The notes: a model not told the origin generated them from the sequence alone. 64,000 nucleotides of DNA from Acidobacteriota bacterium (GCA_963666215.2 CAXWPL010000004.1:352001-416000); one strand, 5' to 3'. Shown: positions 29,009 through 40,837, counted from the first letter of the stretch. Program-made: numbers and translations.

Positions 29009-32000
29009 TCACTCGCTGGCCTCGCTGTCCTCGCTGTCCTCGGCCCGCTTCAGCAGCACCCGCATGCCGTTCTGTCCGACCAGCTCGTTGAAGGCTGCGA
29101 GATCAACAGCATAGATCTCGTGAATCTGATCGATGAGCGGCTGCAGCATGGGCTCGAGATCGGCCCACCGTTCCTTCACTCCGCTTCCGAGCGGAGCCAC
29201 TCCCCCGGCGGCGGCACCGTAGAGGGTGTTGAACTGCTGATCGAGACGGCCAGGGAAGTTCAGCGAGTCCTGGCCGCCCTCGCCCTCGAGTTGAGTCAGC
29301 TCGCCCTCGACCGCCGTGAGCTTCGCGTTCAACGCGCTGGCTGCCGTCGAGGCCTCGTCGCCGTAGCCCGCATCGGCGAGCTGACTGCCAACGCCGGTGG
29401 TCTGCTCCTTCACGGAGCGCAGCTGCGCGACTTCGTCGTAGAGAAGCTTCGCCGCCTCGCCTACTTCGCGCGTCAGTCGAATCTGCTCCTCGTAGTCGGC
29501 CTGCGTTGCCGTGGAGTTCGGGTTGGCGGCGTATTCGAGGGTCTTGGTGTCGCTCCATTCGCCCATCGACAGCGTCACGGTGTAGGTACCCGGCACGGCG
29601 GCCGGACCAAAGCCCCCGCCAAAGCCCCACTGCACGGTGCCGTCGGGGATGTCGTAAATCGACGGCCAGCGGCCGGTGAACGGCTGGGTGTTCAAGCCCG
29701 GCGCCACCGACAGAGCGTCACCTCCGCCACGGAAGATCGACAGATCGATGCCGAAGACGGTGTCGCCGCGCTTCACACCCTCGATGAACTGGGCACGGAA
29801 CTCCTCGGGCACGAACGAGGGCACGCGGGTGTCTTCGTCGCCACCGCCACCCTCGGCCACGATGCCTTCCTTGTCGGAGAACACAACACCGTCGGGCCCG
29901 ACAATCTGCAGGCTCACCGGGGTACGCGAGACTTCATTCACGATGAAGGCGATTTGGGCGCTGCCGCCGCCTTGCACGCCGTCGGTGGGATCAAGCAGAG
30001 CGATCGGCGCTTCCAAGACGTCGGCCGTGAGCTGCGACAGCACCGAGAAGTCGTCGAGCACGTAGAACGCCCGACCCTGGGTCGAAAGCACCAGGTCGCC
30101 GTCCTTGATGACGATGTCGGTCACGGGCACCACGGGCAGGTTCAGCTGAAACGACTGCCAGTGGGCACCATCGTCGAACGAGACGTACATGCCGAACTCG
30201 GTGCCCGCGAACAGCATGCCCCGGCGATTGCGGTCCTCGCGCACAACGCGCACGAAGTGGTCGTCGGGAATGCCGTTGGTGCCATCGCTGAGCTGGGTCC
30301 AAGAAACCCCGTAGTCGTTGGTCTGGAAGATGTACGGGCGGAAATCCTGCTCGCGGTACTTGAACACCGCGATGTGGGCGCGACCCGGATCGTGCGCCGA
30401 CAGGTCGATCATGTTCACCGTGCCACCCACTGGGAGGTTGTCGGGCGTGATGTCATCCCAGGTGCCGCCGTTGTCCCGCGACAGGTGCACGAGCCCATCG
30501 TCGCTGCCGGCCCACAGCAGGCCTGCGGTCTGCGGCGATTCCTCGAAGGCGAAGATCGTGGTGTAGACCTCGACACCGGTGTTGTCCTGGGTGATCCCGG
30601 TGCTGCCCGAGTAGCCCTGCATCTCGGTGTTGTTCGTCGTGAGATCGGGAGAGATCACCTCCCAGTCGAGACCGGCGTTTCGGGTCCGGTGCACGTACTG
30701 AGACGTGTGGTAGACAACATCCGGGTCGTGCGGCGAGATGCGAATCGGCGCGTTCCACTGGAAGCGGTACTTCATGTCCGAAGCCTGCTGTCCGGTGGGC
30801 CCGTCCTCGTAGGCCCGCACGCTACGGGTCACCCCCGTCGAACGATCCATGCGCGTTATGGTGCCGCCGTAGCTGCCCGCATAGATGACGTCGTTGTCGC
30901 GTGGATCCACGGCTATGTGACCACTCTCGCCGCCACCCACCTGGAAGAACTCGGCGCCGCCGAGCCCAAACAGGCCGCCGCCACCGCCGGCGGCCGACAT
31001 GGCCGCCGTTGAGTTGTCCTGCTGCGCGCCGTACACGTTGTACGGCGTGTCGTTGTCGACGGTGACTCGGTAGAACTCGGCCGTCGGCTGGTTCATCTGT
31101 TCCGAGAAGGTCTGTCCACCGTTGAGCGAGATGTTCGCTCCTCCGTCGTTGCCGTTCACCAGGTACTTCGGGTTGTCCGGGTTGAGCCACAGGTCGTGGT
31201 TGTCGCCGTGTCGCGGCTGGAACGCCGTGGGAAACGTCGCGCCACCGTCGATCGACTTGTAGAAACCCGTGTTGAGCGAGTACACGGTGTCGGGATCGAC
31301 CGGGTCGGCGAAGATGTGGATGTAGTACCAGGCGCGCTGCACCAACTTGCGGTCCTTGGCCATGGGCCGCCAGGTGTCGCCGCCATCGTCGGAGCGATAT
31401 ACACCGCCCTGCGAACCGGGCGCCTCAACCAGGGCCCACACACGCTGCGGCATCGGCGGAGAAACCGTCACGTCAATCTTGCCAACCACACCACCCGGAA
31501 GGCCGCCTCCGAGCTTTTCCCAGCTCTCGCCACCGTCCTTGCTACGCCAAACGCCGCCTTCCTCACTGCCGGAGTGAATCGTCCACGGGTTGCGGTAAAC
31601 GCTCCACGCCGTGGCGTAAAGAATGCGCGGGTTCGACGGATCGATCTCGATGTCGTTGAACCCGGTGGTGTCGGAGACGTGGAGGATCTTGTCCCAGGTG
31701 GCGCCGCCATCGGAGGTCTTGTACAGGCCACGCTCCTCGTTGGGCCCGAAGATGTTGCCGAGGACCGCCGCGTAGACGACGTCGGGGTTGTCGGGGTGCA
31801 CCGCCATCTCGGGAATCTGGACGAAGCCCGGGCTCCAGACGTGCGACCAGCTCTTGCCAGCGTCGGTGGACTTGTAGATGCCGTCACCCACCGAGATGTT
31901 GCCGCGCGGGCATCCGGAGCCGGTGCCGACGTAGATGACGTTAGGGTCGGAGGGAGCGATGTTGATGTCGCCGATCGAAGCCACGTCGAAGAAACCGCCG

Positions 32001-32297
32001 GAGATGTTGTTCCAGCTGATGCCCGCGTCTTGGGTCTGCCACACGCCGCCGCCCGAGTAACCGGCGAAGTAGGTCAACGGATCACCGGGCACCCCCGCCA
32101 CGGCCGTCGAGCGGCCGCCGCGTTGAAAACCGGTGTGCCGATACTCGAGCCCCTCGAAGAACGTCGGATCGAGCGTGACGTTCGGGTCGTCTGTCGGCTT
32201 CCTGCGCAGGAGCCGGGCCGGCGAGCACGAGGCCAATGAGGAGGTCGAGCAGGACAAGAAGATGTGGGTGGGTTCGCTTTTGCTGCAACGATTTCAC
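29009..32297 (-). CDS. VPS10/BNR-repeat glycosyl hydrolase-like secreted protein; frameshift near 32192
   Basis: Many S.D.G.TW Asp-boxes, GGRSTAV, YGAQQDNS, RFQWNAP; GGAGG-GTG 32297 and the signal peptide are out of frame by one extra base. Confidence 0.85.
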
Positions 32298-32388
32298 GAC
32301 GGGCCTCCAGGGGTCAGGCATTGAGCATTTGGACGCTCCGTACATTACATGGGGAGCTTCGCCCCGGGTCGCCCCGGTCAGGCAGTCT

Positions 32389-34800
32389 TCAAGCCCGTTC
32401 CCGTAGCGCCACCAGCGGGTCGATGCGGACCGCGCGTCGAGCCGGGATGAGACTGGCGCTGAGCCCAGCGATCGCCAACACCAGGCCGGCCACGGCAAAC
32501 GCGGTGAGATCGAACGTGCTCACGCCGTAGAGGATGCCGGCCATCGAGCGCGCCAGCAGAGCGGCGGCCACAAAGCCGATGCCGACGCCGGCGAGAATCA
32601 GCAGCATGCTGTTTCGCACCACGAGGCCCACGGTCTCTCGGTCGTTGGCTCCGAGCGCCATCCGCAGGCCGATCTCACGTGTCCGTTGGGTCACGGAGTA
32701 GGAGAACACCCCGTAGATGCCCAGGGCGGCGAGCAGCAGGGCGGCGCCGGCGAACAGCACCAGCAACGTCGTGCTCAGCCGCGGCAGAAACACCGCGCGC
32801 GCCAGGATCTGGTCCATGGTGCTGAGGTCGTAGATGGGCTGTGCCGCGTCCACCGCCCAGATCTCGCGCTGGAAGGTGCGGGCAAACGCCATCGGATCGC
32901 GCTCGGTGCGCGCCACCAGCGACATCGCGGGAACCGGGTTCTGGCGCAGCGGCAGGTACACCTGCTTCTTCGGTGCGCTATCGAGTCCCTGGTTGTGCAC
33001 GTCGGCGACCACTCCGACCACCTGATTGCGGCCGTGGGGGTTCTCGATGAACTCATCCACCGGGCTGCGGTCGGGGAAGAACAGGCGCGCCATGGTCTCG
33101 TTGATCACGGTGGTACGCGTCTCGCCGGCGCTGTCGCGCTCGTCGAGGAAGCGTCCCTCGAGCAGCGAGATCCTCATGGTCTCGAAGTAGCCGGGCGCAA
33201 CCATCCGCACATCCGCCCGCGGATCCTCGGTCTCGGGCGGCACCCGACCCAACACCGAGAACGGTAGGGCCGACGCCACCGCCACCGGCTGCATGGGCAG
33301 CGTTGAAACGGCCGAGGCGGCGGTCACACCAGGCGCTCCACGGAGGCGCCCAATGACGTCCTCGAAGAACTGCGCGATCTTCGGGCGCTGGTCGTACGTT
33401 GTGGTCGGCAGAAACACCCGCGCCGACACCACGTTGTCGGGCTCGAACCCTGGGTCCACCTGAAGCAGCTTCGTGAAGCTGCGAACCATCAGTCCGGCGC
33501 CCACGAGCAGCACCAGCGCCAGCGCCACCTCGACCACAACGAGGCTGCTCAGGGTGCGCCGTGCCGCGTAGCTCCCGGTGGCGCCAGTCCCCTCGGTGAG
33601 GTTCGCGCGCAGCTGCGAACGTGATGCCTGCAGGGCCGGCAACAAACCGAACGCGATGGCGACGAGAATCGACACCGCTGTCGTGAACAGCAGCACGCCC
33701 GCGTCCAGCGTCACCTCCTCCATCCGCGGCAGCCCGCCCTCGGGAATCGTGATGAGCAGGCGAAGCGAGACTATTGCAACAAGCAAGCCCAAGGCGGCAC
33801 CGCTCACCGACAACAGGATGCTTTCGGCGAGAATCGGCCGCGCCAGCTCCCAGCGCGAGGCGCCGAGCGCGCCGCGGACGGCGAGCTCCTGGCGCCGACC
33901 GGAGAGCCGTGCCAGCAACAGATTGGCCATGTTGGCGCAGACGATCAGCAGCAGAAACGCGACGGCGCCCATCAGAACCATCAGCGCCGGACGCGAGGCG
34001 CTCACGAGCTGTTCGTGCGCTGCGACCGCTCGTGCTCCCCAGCCATCGTTGCTGTTCTGAAACTCGGCCGCAATCCGCGCGGCCAGCACGTTCATCTCTT
34101 GCTGCGACTCGCCGACAGTCGCGTCGGGCGCCAACCGTCCCACAACAACGAGCGTCCGCGAACGACGCGACTGGCCGTGCCGATCGTTCGGGTCGAACGC
34201 CAGCGGAGTCCAGAGCTCCACATCGGTGCTCGTGGGGAACTCGAACCCGGGCGGCATGATGCCGACGATGCTGTACGGCTCCGCGTCGAGATCGATGGTC
34301 GTGCCGATCAGTCCTGCCTGTCCACCCAGTGTGCGCTGCCAGAAGCCGTGGCCCAGCACCGCCACGTGGTCATTGCCGATCACGCCCTCGTCGGCCACGA
34401 AGGTGCGGCCTGAAGCGGCCTCGGCCTCGAGCACGGCGAACAGCTCCGGCGTCGCTCGCACGGCCGACACATCGCGGGGGTCGCCGCTTCCGACAAACGT
34501 GTAGTTGACCAGCCGGTAGGCCGCCAGCGCCTCCAGGCTGCTCGCCTCGTCGCGCCAGTCTTCATAGGTCGGGATCGAGACCTGTTCCAGGCTGCCCTCG
34601 GGGTTGACCTCCCACAGGATCACGACCTCTTCCGGGTCCTGATACGGCAGCGGATTCAGCAGGACGGTCTTGATCACGCTGAAGATCGCGGTGTTCGCGC
34701 CAATGCTCAGCGTGAGCGTCAGCAGCGCAATAACCGTGAACGTCGGCTGGCGAGCCAGCGCACGGAACGCATAGCGAAAATCGGCAATCCAGTTGGCCAT
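32389..34800 (-). CDS. ADOP/MacB-like duplicated ABC permease
   Basis: DFRYAFR, GANTAIFS, LLIVCANMANLLL, RTREIGLRMALGA, PARRAVRIDP. Confidence 0.93.
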   Translation of the reverse strand: MANWIADFRYAFRALARQPTFTVIALLTLTLSIGANTAIFSVIKTVLLNPLPYQDPEEVVILWEVNPEGSLEQVSIPTYEDWRDEASSLEALAAYRLVNYTFVGSGDPRDVSAVRATPELFAVLEAEAASGRTFVADEGVIGNDHVAVLGHGFWQRTLGGQAGLIGTTIDLDAEPYSIVGIMPPGFEFPTSTDVELWTPLAFDPNDRHGQSRRSRTLVVVGRLAPDATVGESQQEMNVLAARIAAEFQNSNDGWGARAVAAHEQLVSASRPALMVLMGAVAFLLLIVCANMANLLLARLSGRRQELAVRGALGASRWELARPILAESILLSVSGAALGLLVAIVSLRLLITIPEGGLPRMEEVTLDAGVLLFTTAVSILVAIAFGLLPALQASRSQLRANLTEGTGATGSYAARRTLSSLVVVEVALALVLLVGAGLMVRSFTKLLQVDPGFEPDNVVSARVFLPTTTYDQRPKIAQFFEDVIGRLRGAPGVTAASAVSTLPMQPVAVASALPFSVLGRVPPETEDPRADVRMVAPGYFETMRISLLEGRFLDERDSAGETRTTVINETMARLFFPDRSPVDEFIENPHGRNQVVGVVADVHNQGLDSAPKKQVYLPLRQNPVPAMSLVARTERDPMAFARTFQREIWAVDAAQPIYDLSTMDQILARAVFLPRLSTTLLVLFAGAALLLAALGIYGVFSYSVTQRTREIGLRMALGANDRETVGLVVRNSMLLILAGVGIGFVAAALLARSMAGILYGVSTFDLTAFAVAGLVLAIAGLSASLIPARRAVRIDPLVALRERA

Positions 34801-35108
34801 CGAGTCTCCACGTGGCTAGCACCGAGGTTGTTCGGTGCCACTCGCCCTCGGAGTTCTATCACGCCCGCATCTCGAGGCGGCCGTCCCGCTCCGTGGCGTG
34901 GGCCATGCCACAGGGCGAGCGCTCGAGTCCCTATGGGGCCATCACCTGTGTACCAGGCGACTGCCCCGACAACCTTCATTTTCTTCCTGCTATCCTCCGT
35001 AGCTGATTTGCAGTCGTCACGATCCCCTGGTCGCGGAACGCATGAGCACCCTGTACCTGGTCCCGGGGCGCAGTCGTGCCCGTGGTCTGAAAGGAAAGTG
35101 ACCGACCG

Positions 35109-37469
35109 GTGACGCGACCTCTGACGTACGGAACCTCCGCATCGCCGCGCCGACCGCGGGCGGTTCCGCCCGACTTCGCGAAAGCCCTGCACCGGGACGG
35201 ATTCACCCTCGGCCACTGGCGGGTCGAGCCGCGACGCAACCGCATCGTCGCCGACGACGCGGACAAGACCGTCGATCCCAGGCTGATCGACCTGATCGTG
35301 TGTCTCGCCTCCAGGCCTGGAGAGGTGGTCGGCAAAGACGAGTTGCTGGAGATCGTCTGGCAGGGCGTCTCGGTCACCGACAACACGCTGTCGCAGGCGA
35401 TCTCGCGGTTGCGCAAGGCTCTCGTCGACAGCCACCAGGAGCCGAGCTACATCGAGACGATCTCGAAATCGGGCTACAGGCTCGTTGCCGAAGTCCGCTG
35501 GCTCGGTGAGGACGCCGCGCCCCGCCCGGTTGTGGACATGCCGGCGGACCACGCCCACGGGACCGAGACACGGGACGAGCCTCACTCGGCTAATTCGGCT
35601 AATACGGTGAATCCGGTGAGCCCGACAAGCTGGACTCTCCGCCCGATCGGGCTGCTGGCGATCACCGCCGCGCTGCTGGTCGCGGCGGGCCTGGCCTGGA
35701 TGACGCTGCGATTTTCTGGGACGCCGGCGACACCAATGTCGTCGTTGCCAGCGCCGGAAGTATTCCCGGAGTCGACGCTGATCGGCAACCAGTTCGAGCC
35801 CTCGATCTCGCCCGACGGCGAGCGGCTGGTGTTCGCCTGGCTCGGACACGACCGATCGGGGTGGGACATCTGGATTCAGCAGGTCGGCGGAGACGGGCCG
35901 GTGCGCCTGACCGACGACGCAGCGAGCGAACGGGCCCCGGCATAGTCGCCCGACGGGCAGTCCGTCGCCTTCGCTCGCTTCTCGGAAGACGATGGCAGCT
36001 GCGGGATCTTCCGCATTGCCGCCGTCGGCGGAAGCGCCGACCGCATCGGCGACTGCATCGCCGGGATGCGCTCCCTGGACTGGTCGCCCGACGGGCGCAC
36101 ACTGGTTACGAGTGGGAACGACGGCGACGGCGATCAGGGCGGCGAGGCGGTGTTTCTGATCGACATCGAGACCGGCGCGGCGCGCAAGCTGACGAATCCT
36201 GCTGGCTCTTCCGATTCTTCAGATCTGGCCTACGGATTCGCCGCGGACCGCGGCCCGCGGTTCTCCCCAGATGGAAGCCACGTAGCGTTCTTGCGAGTCG
36301 TCACCGAGTCGCGCCACGACGTGATGATCACTTCGACGTCGGGGCCACCGGGCAGCGCCCGTGCGTTGAGCCACGACGCCTGGGGACAGGTTCGCGGCGT
36401 CGAGTGGACTCGGGACGGTGGGTCCGTGCTCTTCTCGTCCAATCGCATCGGACGGTTCACCCTCTGGCGGGTGGCGCTGGCTGGAGGCGACCCCGAGCGC
36501 GTTCCGATCCAGGACGACTGGGTCACCCAACCGAGCGTCGCCAACAACGCCAACCGCCTCATTTATCGGACGTTCCGCGACTCCGTAGACCTGTGGGAGC
36601 TTCCGCTCGACGCCGACGGGCAGGTGGCGGGCGAACCGAGTCGCCGAATGGGCTCGACCCGCAGCGAGCGCCAGCCGGTTTGGTCGGCCGACGGGGCGCG
36701 CATCGCGTTCCTGTCGGATCGAACGGGCTCGCTCGAGCTCTGGTCGGGCGCACCGAACGGCGACCAGCTCCTGCGTCACACCGAATTGAACGGACCGCTC
36801 CCAGGCTCACCGGCCTGGTCGCCCGACGGCACACAGCTGGTGTTCGACGCCGCGGTGCACGGGCACTCCGACCTGTGGGGCGTGGCGGCGGACAGTCGCA
36901 GGCCCGTGCGCCTGACGACCGATGCCTCCGAGGAACGGAACCCGACGTTCTCGCGGAACGGCCAGTCGATCTACTTCGGCTCGAATCGAAGTGGAGACTG
37001 GGAGGTGTGGCGCATGCCGGCCGCCGGCGGCGTTGCCGAGCGGGTGACCAGCGGCGGCGGATTCCTCGCCCATGAATCGGCCTCGTCCTCGTCCTCGTCC
37101 TCGTCTTCGTCACAGGGGCGGGATTCGTTGTTCTACGTGAAGCTCGATGAGCCCGGTATCTGGCGCATGCCGCTCGCCGGTGACGGTGGCCCGCCGGAGC
37201 TCGTGCTTGCAGGGCCAGGCATCGCGGACTGGGGCAGCTGGGTTGTTGACGATCGTGGTCTCTGGTTCGTGACCCATAACCCGACGACGATCTCCTTCCT
37301 GGATTTCGAATCGGACGCGGCCGAGCCGCGGGTTGTCTACACACCGTCCAAGCAGGTGCCCTACTTTGGTCGAGTGATCTCGCTGTCGAGCGACGGCCGG
37401 GCGTTGCTGTTCTCGATGATCGACCACAGCGACGACGAGATCATGCGAGTCGAGCTCGAGGGGATCTGA
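35109..37469 (+). pseudogene. OmpR-type wHTH + TM + PD40/TolB-like repeat protein with an in-frame TAG
   Basis: ELLEIVW..VTDNTL..AISRLRK..IETISKSGYRL; repeated P.WSPDG; TAG at 35943 replaces Trp in PAWSPDG and the frame continues. Confidence 0.85.
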
Positions 37470-37700
37470 TCCCTTCGGCCCGAAATCGGCCGGAGCAAGC
37501 TGGCAGCCTGCGCGAAGCGCCCTTCGGTGGCTCGCAAGACCAACGGTCGGTGGCGCCGCGTAGTGGTCGAGCGCGCCGATGACCGGCGCGCGATCTTCGG
37601 TCCCGTCGAGCTAGGCTATCTAGCAGTGACATCGCCATGCGTTGCCCGATTGACGACGGGATCCAGCGCGATTCAAGACCACGATCGAAAGGAGCGGACC

Positions 37701-37790
37701 GTGATACTTCCAGACAGATTCAAGCGCCCATTCCAGATCACTCTCGTGATTCTGGTGCTTGCAGTGCTTGCCTACAGATACTTCGGCTGA
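37701..37790 (+). CDS. Putative 29-aa single-TM small protein
   Basis: AAAGGAG RBS, GTG start, MILPDRFKRPFQITLVILVLAVLAYRYFG. Confidence 0.5.
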   Translation: MILPDRFKRPFQITLVILVLAVLAYRYFG

Positions 37791-37834
37791 CCCTGATCTC
37801 AGCGCGGCACATGCTCGCGGGCTACGCCGACCCT

Positions 37835-38290
37835 TCATTCCCCGTGATCAGGGGCGAGCCAGTAGCGAGGCCCGGGTCCGGAGCGAGCCGCGCGGTCATC
37901 GGGGTTGGAGAAGCGGCAGCTCTCGAGCGACAGGCAGCCGCAACCGATGCACTGCGTGAGGCCGTCCTCGAGGCGCTCGAGCTCGGCGATGCGGGCGCGA
38001 ATCCTCGCCTTCCACGGGCCCATCAAACGCGACCAGTCGTCGCTCGTCGGCTCACGGCCATCCCGCCCATCCGGCAGCTTGGCGAGCTCGACGCCGATCT
38101 CGTCGAGCGTCAGCCCGACGCGCTGGGCGTAGACGATGAAGGCGATGCGCCGCAGTACGGCGCGCGGAAAGCGGCGATGACCGGTACCGCTACGTACCGA
38201 GGTAATGAGCCCGCGTTCCTCGTAGTAGCGCAGCGCTGATGCGGCCACGCCGCTGCGTCTAGCGACCTCACTGATGGTGACGAGTGCCAT
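37835..38290 (-). CDS. soxR: Redox-sensitive transcriptional activator SoxR
   Basis: MerR HTH (SALRYYEERGLI) and CIGCGCLSLESC [2Fe-2S] motif. Confidence 0.95.
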   Translation of the reverse strand: MALVTISEVARRSGVAASALRYYEERGLITSVRSGTGHRRFPRAVLRRIAFIVYAQRVGLTLDEIGVELAKLPDGRDGREPTSDDWSRLMGPWKARIRARIAELERLEDGLTQCIGCGCLSLESCRFSNPDDRAARSGPGPRYWLAPDHGE

Positions 38291-38315
38291 GTCGACAATA
38301 GATCACATTTTCCTC

Positions 38316-38346
38316 TTGACTTCAAGTTCACTTTAACTTCTATTGT
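38316..38346 (+). promoter_or_regulatory. SoxR-type promoter with 19-bp spacer and SoxR box
   Basis: -35 TTGACT (38316), -10 TATTGT (38341); CTTCAAGTTCACTTTAAC matches CCTCAAGTTAACTTGAGG at 13/18 positions. Confidence 0.85.
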
Positions 38347-38411
38347 GGTCTCGAAGTCACCAACCCACCTGCGGCGGAGGCCGCCCGTCACATCAACCAG
38401 GAGTGAACGCC

Positions 38412-39137
38412 ATGACCGAGCGGACGATCGAACCCTCGAGCCTCGGCGGCCTGCGCGTCGTCGTTACCGGCGGCACCTCGGGCCTCGGGCTGGCGCTCGT
38501 TGAAGCGCTGTGCGGCCGTGGTGCAGAGGTCGCCTTTGTGGCGCGCAGCGAGCGCCGAGTGCAGGAGGTCGCGGCGCGGATACCGGGAGCGCACGGTATC
38601 GACGGAGACATCTCGCGAAAGGACGACACCCACGCCCTGGCGATGCGCATCACCGGCGTGCTCGGCGGGCTCGACGTCTTGATACACAACGCGTCGAGCC
38701 TCGGACCGGTGCCGCTGGCTCTGCTGGCCGACACCGAGTGCGAAGAGCTCGAGCTTGCCCTGGCCACCAATCTGGTCGGCCCGTTTCGGCTGACCAAAGC
38801 GTTGCTCGGCGCCCTCGCCGCCGCCGCGCGAGAAGGAAGGCCGGCGCTGGTGGTTCACATCACGAGCGATGCTGCCGTAACACCCTACCCAGGCTGGGGT
38901 GCGTACGGCGCGAGCAAGGCGGCCCTGCTCCACATGAGCCGCATCTGGAACGAGGAACTGCGCGAGCACGGCGTGGGCGTGGTCGATTTCGACCCTGGCG
39001 ACATGGACACGCCGCTGCACGAGCTCGCGGTCCCCGAAGCCAATCGCGCAACGCTCACGCAACCGAGCGAGTCGGCCGCGGAGCTCGTTGAGCTGATCTC
39101 CGTGGCGATCCGTGAATGTGACGAGGTGGCAGCGTGA
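38412..39137 (+). CDS. SDR family oxidoreductase
   Basis: TGGTSGLG, HNAS, YGASK, DPGDMDT; AGGAG RBS. Confidence 0.92.
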   Translation: MTERTIEPSSLGGLRVVVTGGTSGLGLALVEALCGRGAEVAFVARSERRVQEVAARIPGAHGIDGDISRKDDTHALAMRITGVLGGLDVLIHNASSLGPVPLALLADTECEELELALATNLVGPFRLTKALLGALAAAAREGRPALVVHITSDAAVTPYPGWGAYGASKAALLHMSRIWNEELREHGVGVVDFDPGDMDTPLHELAVPEANRATLTQPSESAAELVELISVAIRECDEVAA

Positions 39138-40235
39138 TTGCCGCCACCTCGACCGCACATCGGCCGGCCGCCGCCAAGCTGCTGGTCGTCGACGCCAGCG
39201 GCGGGATGGTGCACACCGACCGCGAGGCGATTGTCGAGCACCTCCGCCCCGGCGATCTGTTGCTCGGCAACGACGCGGCAACGATCCCGGCCAGCCTCCG
39301 CGGCATCCACGAACCGAGCGGTGAAGAGATCGAGATCCGGCTCGCGGGCCGCCGCTCGCTCGCCTTCGACGACCTCCGCGAGGTCGCTGCCGTTGCCTTC
39401 GGCCGCGGCGACTACCGCACGCTCACCGAGCTCCGGCCGCTGCCGCCGGAGCTCGCTCCGGGCGACCGTCTGTTGCTCGGCCCCCTCAGCGCTACGGTCC
39501 TGCGATCGCTCGGGCATCCGCGGCTACTGGCGCTCGCCTTCGCCGGTACAGCCGAGCAGATCTGGGCCGGGATTGGTGTCCACGGACGACCGATTCAGTT
39601 ATGCCCACGTGCGCGAGCCCCTGGCGCTGTGGGATGTATGGACCCGGGTAGCGTCGCTGGTTGTTTCCTTCGAGCCGCCCTCGGCGGGGTTTCTTCTCGA
39701 CTGGAGACTGCTGGCCAGGTTGCGGCAGAAGGGAATCGGATTCGCCACACTGACGCACGCCGCTGGTCTGTCGTCCACCGGCGACGCCGCACTCGACCGC
39801 AGGCTGCCTTTGGACGAGCCTTACCGGATACCGGAGAGCACGGTGCGAGCCATTCAACGAATCCGGACCCAGACCGGCGCCGAGGCCGGGCGCGTCATCG
39901 CTCTCGGCACCACCGTGAGCCGCGCCGTGGAGCACGCGACTTCGGGTGGCGAGCTTCGAGCCGGCAGCGGCGTCGCCACGCAACGGATCGGTTCCACGAC
40001 CCGGCTTCGCGTCATCGACGCCATCGTCAGCGGCGTCCACCAGCCGGGCGAGAGCCACTACGAGCTTCTCCGCGCCTTCGCCAGCGACGCGGTCCTGCAG
40101 CAGATGAGCACAGCGGTTGAAGCGCACGACTACCGGACGCACGAGTTCGGCGATTCGGTCTTCCTGGAGCGCCAGCGGCCAAGATCGATACCACTTGCGC
40201 ATTCCCTCGCGACCTCGCTGGTCACGACGACCTAG
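39134..40235 (+). CDS. queA: QueA-family (SAM:tRNA ribosyltransferase-isomerase-like) paralog; frameshift near 39599
   Basis: LRPGDLLLGND, GRPIQ|YAH, EPPSAG, ALGTTV.RA.E, SGVH, YRTHEFGDS; family-level call only. Confidence 0.78.
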
Positions 40236-40771
40236 CGTGCTGCTTCACGCAGCGATGCCGGAGCGGAGATCTCGCGCACATGCCCGTCGGTGATGTCGTA
40301 GACGTAGCCAGAAACAACGAGATCGTCGGGTAGAGTCGGCGCCGCTCGGAGCCGCTCGAGGTCCTCGGCCAACGCGGCCTGTGGGTCGGTGATGGCGAGC
40401 CTTTCGATCGGCGCCTCGCCGGTCCCCGCGACTCGACCCAGCCTCTGTCTCACCTCGGGGTTGGCGAAGCGGCTTGCCGCGCAACCAGTGTGATGGATAA
40501 CGACCACTTCCGGCGCAGCGCCCCCGACGACAACGGACAACGCTCGCATGATCGCGATGTGTTCGATGATCTCGTCGGTGACTCGCCCACCGATGCTGCG
40601 CATCACAACCGCGTCGCCGAGCTCGAGACCGAGAAAATGTGCCGGGTCCACTCGAGCGTCGAGGCAGGTCACGATCAGCATCGACAGACGCGGCAGGAAG
40701 GGCAAGTTTCCCTGGTTGAAGATGCTGGCGAAGTGCTGGTTGCGTTCGAGAAGGACTTGCATATTGGGCAT
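40232..40771 (-). CDS. Beta-class carbonic anhydrase
   Basis: TCLDARV, HHTGC, GYVYDITDG. Confidence 0.88.
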   Translation of the reverse strand: MPNMQVLLERNQHFASIFNQGNLPFLPRLSMLIVTCLDARVDPAHFLGLELGDAVVMRSIGGRVTDEIIEHIAIMRALSVVVGGAAPEVVVIHHTGCAASRFANPEVRQRLGRVAGTGEAPIERLAITDPQAALAEDLERLRAAPTLPDDLVVSGYVYDITDGHVREISAPASLREAAR

Positions 40772-40837
40772 TAGAAAGATCCCGGCTTCTGAGCCCATGG
40801 GCCGATGAGCTTCAGTTGTAACGAAACATCGCTGTAT

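Noticed and set aside
29120-32239. 630-aa and 347-aa plus-strand ORFs
   Set aside because: Antisense shadows of the VPS10-like gene
34800-35110. Intergenic region as a riboswitch or ncRNA
   Set aside because: Only short GC-rich hairpins; no recognisable aptamer consensus
35943-35945. TAG as pyrrolysine or an alternative genetic code
   Set aside because: It replaces Trp in PAWSPDG (TGG>TAG), and TAG and TGA end many normal genes in this window
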